Assembly (NCBI GenBank): GCA_046598045.1
Contig: JBKJJJ010000016.1
Span: 1 to 18,334 of the forward strand
DNA from: Candidatus Eiseniibacteriota bacterium
Lineage (GTDB): Bacteria > Eisenbacteria > RBG-16-71-46 > DASYSL01
DNA: 18,334 nt
Direction: 5' to 3'
The notes beneath the pieces were generated by a model. It searched no databases. It saw nothing but the letters and a program-made list of their open reading frames with translations, and was not told where the DNA came from. Position numbers and translations under genes: made by a program. Each line of letters starts with the position of its first letter. The first letter of the stretch is position 1. Of this stretch, positions 17,088 to 18,334 are shown in pieces.

Positions 17088-17105
17088 GCGCGCCGCTCGA
17101 CGTGT

Positions 17106-17119
17106 TCCTATGGTAGGAT
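17106..17119 (+). promoter_or_regulatory. Putative extended -10 for the aminotransferase, overlapping a small inverted repeat
   Basis: TG-g-TAGGAT (17111-17119) overlaps TCCTA-TGG-TAGGA (17106-17118). Confidence 0.4.
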
Positions 17120-17200
17120 GCCCCGCGTTTGCCGCCCCCGAATTCCGCGCAGGGGCGGCGCGTTCCCACGAGCCCAGAGAACCCCACGGAAGGTCCGCCC

Positions 17201-18334
17201 TTGAAGACGCGCTTGTTCACTCCCGGTCCGGTCGAGATTCCCGCCCGCCTGCTCGCGGCGCTCGCGCGCCCGGCGCTCCACCATCGCACCGAGGCCTTCC
17301 GCAAGATCCTCGCCGAGGCCACGCGCGGCATGGTCGAGCTGTTCGGCACCGAGGGCACCGTGGTCACGCTCGGCGCCTCCGGCTCGGGCGGCCTCGAGGC
17401 CGCGGTCGTCAACCTGGTCGAGCCCGGCTCAAGGCCGCTCGTGGTCGAGGCCGGCAAGTTCGGCGAGCGCTGGGCGAAGATCCTCAAGGCCTACGGCTGC
17501 GAGCCCGAGGTCCTGTCCTTCGACTGGGGCCGCGTGGTCGACGTGGCGATGGTCGAGCAGGCCCTGGCGGCGCGTCCCGCCCCGGCGCTGTTCTTCACGC
17601 ACAGCGAGACCTCGACCGGCGCGCTCCACGACGCGGCCGCACTGGCGCAGGTCGCGCGCAAGCATGGCGCGCTCGCGGTGGCCGACGTGGTGACGAGCCT
17701 CGGCGTTCACGACGTCAGGATGGACGCGATGGGCATCGACGTCGCGGTCTCGGGATCGCAAAAGGGCATGATGCTGCCGCCGGGCCTCGCATTCGTCGCG
17801 CTCGGCGCGCGCGGCCTCGCGGCGCTCGACTCGGGCCCGCGCCTGCCGCGCTTCTACATGGACCTGCGCAAGGCCGCAGCGAGCGCCGCCGAGGGCGAGA
17901 CGCCGTTCACGCCGCCGACCGCGCTGATCGTCGCGCTGGTCGAGTCGCTCACCATGATGCGTGAGGAAGGTCGCGAGCAGGTGATCGCGCGCCACGCCGC
18001 GAACGCGGGCGCCACGCGCTCGGCCGCCCTGGCGCTCGGGCTGACCCTGTTCGCCGAGCGGGCCTCGAACGCCGTGACCGCGATCACCGCGCCCACGGGG
18101 GTCGATGCCGGCAAGATCGTCAAGGCGATGCGCGAGCGCCACGGCATGGTGATCGCGAACGGGCAGGATCGCCTGAAGGGCATGTCGTTCCGCGTCGGCC
18201 ACATGGGCGCGTACGACGAGGCGGACATTGTTGCCGTCGTCGGCGCGCTCGAGGACGCGCTGTCGTTCACCGGCCAGGCGGTCGAGCCGGGCGCGGGCGT
18301 CACCGCGGCCCAGCGCTCGTTCACCGAGTCGCGG
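17201..18334 (+). CDS. Class V PLP aminotransferase (alanine-glyoxylate/serine-pyruvate family), 3'-truncated by the window edge
   Basis: Not in the ORF track; translated by hand from TTG 17201 after GGAAGG. Reads MKTRLFTPGPVEIP...HHRT...SGSGGLEAA...GKFGERW...HSETSTG...DVVTSLG...SGSQKGMMLPPGL...FRVGHMG, with no stop before the window end. Confidence 0.93.
   Translation, partial: MKTRLFTPGPVEIPARLLAALARPALHHRTEAFRKILAEATRGMVELFGTEGTVVTLGASGSGGLEAAVVNLVEPGSRPLVVEAGKFGERWAKILKAYGCEPEVLSFDWGRVVDVAMVEQALAARPAPALFFTHSETSTGALHDAAALAQVARKHGALAVADVVTSLGVHDVRMDAMGIDVAVSGSQKGMMLPPGLAFVALGARGLAALDSGPRLPRFYMDLRKAAASAAEGETPFTPPTALIVALVESLTMMREEGREQVIARHAANAGATRSAALALGLTLFAERASNAVTAITAPTGVDAGKIVKAMRERHGMVIANGQDRLKGMSFRVGHMGAYDEADIVAVVGALEDALSFTGQAVEPGAGVTAAQRSFTESR

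Noticed and set aside
16099..17964. 621-aa plus-strand ORF
   Set aside because: It is antisense to DUF72 and out of frame with the real aminotransferase, and its translation is low-complexity.

Overview
High-GC bacterial window with no mobile element, CRISPR, tRNA or rRNA. The host is possibly an FCB-associated lineage such as Ca. Eisenbacteria; this is inferred from the secreted-protein architecture only. Gene order: proteostasis operon tig (5'-partial)-clpP-clpX-lon; a hairpin-dense ~180-nt segment ending in a terminator; a secreted FG-GAP/Ig-like protein with a C-terminal sorting-type domain, convergent with a CBM9/DUF5916 outer-membrane-type protein; a translationally coupled glcD-glcE-glcF-moaD/moaE-fusion operon; a 244-bp intergenic cluster of related short palindromes; a DUF72 gene on the minus strand; and a 3'-partial class V aminotransferase absent from the ORF track. 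The most notable observations are a ClpP with a Ser98-His123-Asn172 triad, a promoter-like sequence inside the lon 3' end that may drive a structured RNA, the palindrome array, a beta-clamp-type motif ending DUF72, and two probable leaderless promoters. None is proven to be a new system; all are testable candidates.
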